Source of the DNA: Spirochaetia bacterium
Lineage (GTDB): Bacteria > Spirochaetota > Spirochaetia > CADAEX01
Length of the DNA: 10,678 nt
NCBI GenBank assembly: GCA_963662265.2
Contig: CAXXHA010000002.1
Span: 1 to 10,678, forward strand
Direction: 5' to 3'
The translations under genes and the position numbers were made by a program. The notes beneath the pieces are model-generated. The model did no database searches. It was not told the DNA's origin and saw only the letters and a program-made list of their open reading frames with translations. This document shows, in pieces, positions 6,571 through 10,678 of the stretch (positions are counted from its first letter, which is position 1; every line of letters starts with the position of its first letter).

Positions 6571-7581
6571 TCAATGTAAATTTTGAAGCTTCAGTGAATG
6601 CCCCTTGTCTTTGCTTACTGTTCTTCCGGCCCTGTTTAAGACATTTTTAGCTTCTTCCACTGATACATAACGTTTATTTGTTGTAATCTGAAACTCATAT
6701 TCTATCTTATCTGTTCTGCTCTTAAGAAAAGGATTACAGTTAGGCATTATAACATTGGCTCCCCCCTGAGTAAGCGCCCTGTACTGACCGTTATCAGGAT
6801 CAAGAGTCGCAACTGTGTTGGCTGCCGCCATATGAGTATTGCCTGTGACAATTCTTGTAAGCGCAAAAACCCTCAGAAGCAGATCAAAATCACCTGAAGG
6901 TTCATCTTTAAGCGGTGTTTGGGCATGGGGGATAAAGGGACCGATATTTATCATGTCAGGCTGGAAGTCCTGGAAAAACAGTATATCATCTGCAAGGTCA
7001 TCAATAGTCTGTCCCGGTAATCCTACTATATTTCCTGTTCCCACCTGGTAACCTGTTTCTCGTAACATATTGATTGCATTGATCCTGTCTTCAAGCTCCA
7101 GGCCTGAACGCATTTTCTTATAGAGTTTCGGATTCATTGTTTCATGTTTCATCAGGTAGCGCTCAGCTCCGGCATCTCTGAATGCTGTCATATCATCACG
7201 GGAACGTTCTCCAAGGCTCAATGTAACAGCTATATCTGAATTATCCCTGATGCGCTTGATAACAGAACTCATCACATCACGTGTAAAGAAAGGATCTTCA
7301 CCAGACTGAAGTACTACTGTTTTCAATCCGCTTTCTGCGATAGCCTGTGCTGTATCCACTATTATATCCTCAGTCATTCGAAACCTTTTGCAGTCTTTAT
7401 TGTCTCTGAGGAGACCGCAATAAAGGTCATTGCACCTGCAATAGCTTGAGAAGTGGATTACTCCCCTGAGCTGAGCTGAGTCGCCTAAATGTGTCTTTCT
7501 TGCCCTATCAGCTTCGGAAAAGAGTGATTCCTGATTTTTATCATCACGCAGATAGTCAATAATTGTTTTCTTGTTCAACAT
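6571..7581 (-). CDS. HydE/BioB/PylB-family radical SAM protein, closest in motifs to [FeFe]-hydrogenase maturase HydE but with an atypical cluster motif
   Basis: 'LRGVIHFSSYC', 'TVVLQSGEDP', 'TLSLGER', 'AGAERYLMKHET', 'VGLPGQT', 'IGPFIPH..TPL' and 'GANVIMPN' are HydE-type blocks. The motif reads CRCNDLYC rather than CxxxCxxC, so the hydE symbol is withheld. SD GAAAGG lies upstream. Confidence 0.9.
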   Translation of the reverse strand: MLNKKTIIDYLRDDKNQESLFSEADRARKTHLGDSAQLRGVIHFSSYCRCNDLYCGLLRDNKDCKRFRMTEDIIVDTAQAIAESGLKTVVLQSGEDPFFTRDVMSSVIKRIRDNSDIAVTLSLGERSRDDMTAFRDAGAERYLMKHETMNPKLYKKMRSGLELEDRINAINMLRETGYQVGTGNIVGLPGQTIDDLADDILFFQDFQPDMINIGPFIPHAQTPLKDEPSGDFDLLLRVFALTRIVTGNTHMAAANTVATLDPDNGQYRALTQGGANVIMPNCNPFLKSRTDKIEYEFQITTNKRYVSVEEAKNVLNRAGRTVSKDKGHSLKLQNLH

Positions 7582-7625
7582 TTGTGTTACCTTTCTGAAA
7601 ATGTATTCACTGTTATCTTTACTGA

Positions 7626-7654
7626 ATGATAAGAATAATGATATTGGAGGTCAA
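7626..7654 (-). promoter_or_regulatory. Sigma70 promoter of the HydE-like gene
   Basis: Minus strand TTGACC (7654-7649), 17 nt spacer, TATCAT (7631-7626), about 45 nt upstream of the ATG. Confidence 0.65.
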
Positions 7655-7900
7655 TGACTTAAGCAAGAAAAATAGTAAAAACTGAGAATATTAGACCAGT
7701 AAAATGCGGGGTGTGATTTTTAATTTTTTCATGTATAATAAAGAATTGTAAAACAATTAAAATATTTTTAATATCTTGAATATGATTATTTCATCAGCAG
7801 AAATTGTTTTATTAACTTTAAAAGTGGAGGTAATTCTTGTAAATCCGGTATTTTGCTGTAACAGAACTGTATAAAAACTGGAAAACAAGAATGAAATAAT

Positions 7901-8284
7901 ATGAATGAATTAAAATCCGGAATTAAACACAGGATCGAATATACTGTTAAACCTGAAGATTCCGCAAGCAGCTATGGATCAGGGCTTCTTGAAGTTTTTG
8001 CAACACCTGCTATGATTGCGCTTATGGAAAAATGTTCCATGGAATGTGTTCAGGAACATCTTTCAGAGGGATACGGGACTGTCGGCACTCTGGTAAATAT
8101 AAAGCATCTTAAAGCTACAAAAATAGGCAAAGTTGTAACTGCAGAGAGTTATCTTACCCTGGTTGACGGCAGACGACTTGAGTTTGAAGTCAATGTCTAT
8201 GAAGATAATGAATCTGTCGGCAGTGGTAGCCATGAGAGGTTTATTATCAACAATAAGAAATTCCTTGAAAAGATTGGAATGTAG
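7901..8284 (+). CDS. Hotdog-fold thioesterase, fluoroacetyl-CoA thioesterase (FlK) family
   Basis: 'VFATPAMIALME', 'TVGT..NIKHL.AT..G', 'VDGRRLEF' and 'G.HERFII'. Thr35/Glu43/His69 have the same spacing as the FlK Thr42/Glu50/His76 triad. Confidence 0.93.
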   Translation: MNELKSGIKHRIEYTVKPEDSASSYGSGLLEVFATPAMIALMEKCSMECVQEHLSEGYGTVGTLVNIKHLKATKIGKVVTAESYLTLVDGRRLEFEVNVYEDNESVGSGSHERFIINNKKFLEKIGM

Positions 8285-8322
8285 GGGGAGAGGCTGGTTC
8301 CGGCAGACAATTTTAAAATTAA

Positions 8323-8955
8323 ATGAAAAATATTATAAGGAATATAAGTAAACATTCTCATTATCCATTGTTTTATCCACTAATGATGAGTGAAGATGAA
8401 AAAAAATTATTTGATGATACAATAAAACATTCAAAGAATTATCTCGAATATGGGTTGGGGGGAACTACTTTGCGCAGCATCCAGAAATCAGGGGCAAATA
8501 TTTTTTCAGTTGATACGAGTGAAGCATGGATTGAATATATGCGTCAGTATTTAATTATTAAAAAGAATGAGAATAAAAGGTTATCTATTTTTTATCTGGA
8601 TATTGGTCCAACGAGGCAGTTTGGATACCCAGTTTCAACAAAGAATAAATCAAGTTTCCCCTTATATTCATCAGATATTTTTAAAAGGATAGATAAAGAT
8701 ATAATAGATCTTGTTATGATTGACGGCAGGTTCAGGGTTGCATGTACATTGAAAATTATAATTGAATGTTACAGTAATCCGGAACTGAGGATCTTGTTTC
8801 ATGATTTCTGGGACAGGCCGCAGTATCATATACTGCTCAAATATCTGGATACAATTGATGCAGCAGATACATTAGGTTTGTTTTCAATAAAAAAGGCCCC
8901 TGATCCGGATGAACTGGCACAGGATTATGAAAAATATAAATATAATCCGTTTTAA
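8323..8955 (+). CDS. Hypothetical protein, class I SAM-dependent methyltransferase-like fold
   Basis: Motif I 'YLEYGLGGTT', 'FSVDTSEAW', 'DLVMIDGRFRVAC' and 'ILFHDFWDRPQY'. Confidence 0.75.
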   Translation: MKNIIRNISKHSHYPLFYPLMMSEDEKKLFDDTIKHSKNYLEYGLGGTTLRSIQKSGANIFSVDTSEAWIEYMRQYLIIKKNENKRLSIFYLDIGPTRQFGYPVSTKNKSSFPLYSSDIFKRIDKDIIDLVMIDGRFRVACTLKIIIECYSNPELRILFHDFWDRPQYHILLKYLDTIDAADTLGLFSIKKAPDPDELAQDYEKYKYNPF

Positions 8956-9066
8956 ATAATGAAGCTCCTATACCGGGTCATAAAATTCTGTTTTGATTCT
9001 GTCTTAATAACGTCACTCCCTTGTAATATTTCAATTTCAGCAATATATTATACATAATATAAATAC

Positions 9067-9095
9067 CGGTTTTCTGATAAAGAAAACTGTTGTTT
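9067..9095 (+). terminator. Hairpin with T-rich tail: possible intrinsic terminator, or operator next to the S1 promoter
   Basis: CGGTTTTCT (9067-9075), loop GATAA, AGAAAACTG (9081-9089), followed by TTGTTT. Confidence 0.4.
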
Positions 9096-9118
9096 GCAGA
9101 AAGTCATGATTATATAAT
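9090..9118 (+). promoter_or_regulatory. Sigma70 promoter of the S1 gene
   Basis: TTGTTT (9090-9095), 17 nt spacer, TATAAT (9113-9118). Confidence 0.6.
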
Positions 9119-9239
9119 ATAGATGCAGATCAGAAGCGCTTCAGTATGACAGTAAAACAGAAATCTGCCAGTTATAGTTGAGAATCAGTAAACCAGTCTG
9201 CATCACTTATAAAAATATATATCCGGAGTAAATAGCAAA

Positions 9240-10412
9240 ATGAGCAAAGATAATGCGAATGTAAACGAAGAAAGCTTTGAAGAGCTTCTTGAAAACAGTA
9301 TGACAGGTGTAAACGACCTGAAGCCTGGGCAATTAATCGAAACCACTATTGTATCTATTTCAGATACAACAATTTTCCTTCAGCTGAGCGGCAAGAGCGA
9401 AGGTGTTATGGATACAGCTGAAATGGTTGATAAAGAAGGCAACATCACAGTAAAGGAAGGCGACACAATAAGCGCGTACTTTCTGAAAGCGCAGCATGGA
9501 GAACTCCACTTTACAACAAGAATCAGCGGAGACAAGGCTGCAAAGGATATTCTTGAAAATGCCTATGAAAACGGTATTCCTGTGGAAGGTACTGTTGAAA
9601 AGGAAATCAAGGGCGGATTTGAGGTAAAGATCGGTGAATCAAGAGCATTCTGTCCCTTCTCCCAGATGGGAATGAAGAGAGTTGAAGATGCTTCTGTTTA
9701 TGTGGGAAAACACCTCACATTCAAAATTATGGAGTACAAGGAGAAAGGACGAAACATCCTTGTATCAAACAGGGCAATTCTCCAGGAGGAGAGAAATACA
9801 CAGGTTGAAATCCTCAAGAAAACTCTTAAGAAAGATATGAAGGTAAAAGGTACTGTTAAGTCTCTTCAGAGTTTCGGGGCTTTTGTTGATCTTGACGGTG
9901 TGCAGGCTCTTCTTCCTGTATCAGAAATATCAAGAAGCCGTGTAGATGATATCAGCAAATTCCTTAAAGAAGGCGATGAGATAGAAGCTGTGATTATCAA
10001 CCTTGACTGGGACAGGGAAAGAATTTCACTTAGTATGAAAGAGCTTCTTTCTGATCCATGGGATGAGGCAGCTTCAAAATACAAGAAAGGTTCAAAACAC
10101 ACAGGTAAAGTTGTCCAGATTACAAAATTCGGAGCTTTTGTTTCTCTAGAGCCTGGTTTTGACGGTCTTATCCATATTTCAGAACTCGAAGGTGATACAA
10201 GGGACGGACGAAAGCCTGTTGTACTCAAGAAGGGACAGGAAGTTTCTGTAAAAATCAATGATATTGATTTGGGACAGAAGAGACTTTCTCTCAAGCCTGT
10301 ATCAGAAAATGAGGCAGATTCAGGTTATCAGAACTACATGGATTCAGACACAGAAACATATAATCCTTTTGCAGATCTTTTAAAAGACAGGGCAAAAAAA
10401 ACTGATAAATAA
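9240..10412 (+). CDS. rpsA: 30S ribosomal protein S1 family, short form with four S1 domains (possibly a paralog)
   Basis: 'SFEELLE', 'GKSEG', 'KGGFEVKIG..RAFCPFSQM', 'NILVSNR', 'FGAFVDLDGVQALLPVSEIS' and 'FGAFVSLEPGFDGLIHISEL', with C-terminal 'NPFADLL'. SD GGAG lies upstream. Confidence 0.88.
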   Translation: MSKDNANVNEESFEELLENSMTGVNDLKPGQLIETTIVSISDTTIFLQLSGKSEGVMDTAEMVDKEGNITVKEGDTISAYFLKAQHGELHFTTRISGDKAAKDILENAYENGIPVEGTVEKEIKGGFEVKIGESRAFCPFSQMGMKRVEDASVYVGKHLTFKIMEYKEKGRNILVSNRAILQEERNTQVEILKKTLKKDMKVKGTVKSLQSFGAFVDLDGVQALLPVSEISRSRVDDISKFLKEGDEIEAVIINLDWDRERISLSMKELLSDPWDEAASKYKKGSKHTGKVVQITKFGAFVSLEPGFDGLIHISELEGDTRDGRKPVVLKKGQEVSVKINDIDLGQKRLSLKPVSENEADSGYQNYMDSDTETYNPFADLLKDRAKKTDK

Positions 10413-10467
10413 GCATTTATAGCTTAGAATTATTTAATATTACTGCTCATTTCTGCGGGAGCTGACA

Positions 10468-10678
10468 ATGGCTGAAAAAAAGAAACAGATTAAGAAAACT
10501 GAAAAAAGGCCCCCTTTAAGGGAAAAATATCTGACAGAACTTGAAAAGCTTCTTGAAGATGTCCCTGATGAGGGGCTTTTGTTTCTTATCAAGCAGGCAA
10601 GCATACTTGTCCATAATGCTGCTGTCGAAGAGGAAAACCGGAAGAAGACTGAAGCCTCTGAAAGAGAGGCATCAGAAC
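10468..10678 (+). CDS. Hypothetical protein, 5' part only (runs off the window)
   Basis: GGGAG (10457-10461) then ATG 10468. The frame is open to the window end: MAEKKKQIKKTEKRPPLREKYLTELEKLLEDVPDEGLLFLIKQASILVHNAAVEEENRKK... It is absent from the ORF track because there is no stop codon. Confidence 0.8.
   Translation, partial: MAEKKKQIKKTEKRPPLREKYLTELEKLLEDVPDEGLLFLIKQASILVHNAAVEEENRKKTEASEREASE

Noticed and set aside
6839-7051. 70-aa plus-strand ORF
   Set aside because: Antisense shadow of the radical SAM gene.
6571-7581. PylB (pyrrolysine biosynthesis) or biotin synthase BioB
   Set aside because: No pyl or bio genes and no tRNA in the window, and the motif blocks are closer to HydE.
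7646-7662. Minigene GGAGG-TCA-ATG-ACT-TAA
   Set aside because: The SD spacing is only 3 nt, and the sequence is explained by the minus-strand -35 box.
8163-8351. 62-aa overlapping ORF
   Set aside because: Out-of-frame overlap with the thioesterase and the next gene, with no motifs.
9150-9201. CRISPR-like reading of the two direct repeats
   Set aside because: Only two short imperfect copies, and no cas genes in the window.
9866-10294. 142-aa antisense ORF
   Set aside because: Shadow of the S1 gene.

Overview
AT-rich bacterial chromosomal region, probably from an anaerobe. The substrate-binding protein's N-terminus ('...VYSAGNSE') weakly suggests Spirochaetota. Left to right: an SDR oxidoreductase; an intergenic hairpin element resembling a decayed integron attC site; a 4-oxalocrotonate-tautomerase-family gene divergent from a marR-NTF2/SnoaL-GNAT cluster, with three operator-like palindromes on the two promoters; a NitT/TauT-family ABC importer operon divergent from a Crp/Fnr regulator, with a palindromic candidate site between them; a stand-alone HydE-like radical SAM protein; a FlK-type thioesterase; a methyltransferase-fold hypothetical; a short four-domain S1 protein with a structured leader; and a truncated hypothetical. 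The most unusual feature is the HydE-like protein. It has Asp in place of the second Cys of the radical SAM motif (C48-R-C50-N-D52-L-Y-C55) and several altered active-site motifs. No rRNA, tRNA, CRISPR array or transposase was seen. All family calls come from motif recognition, not database searches.
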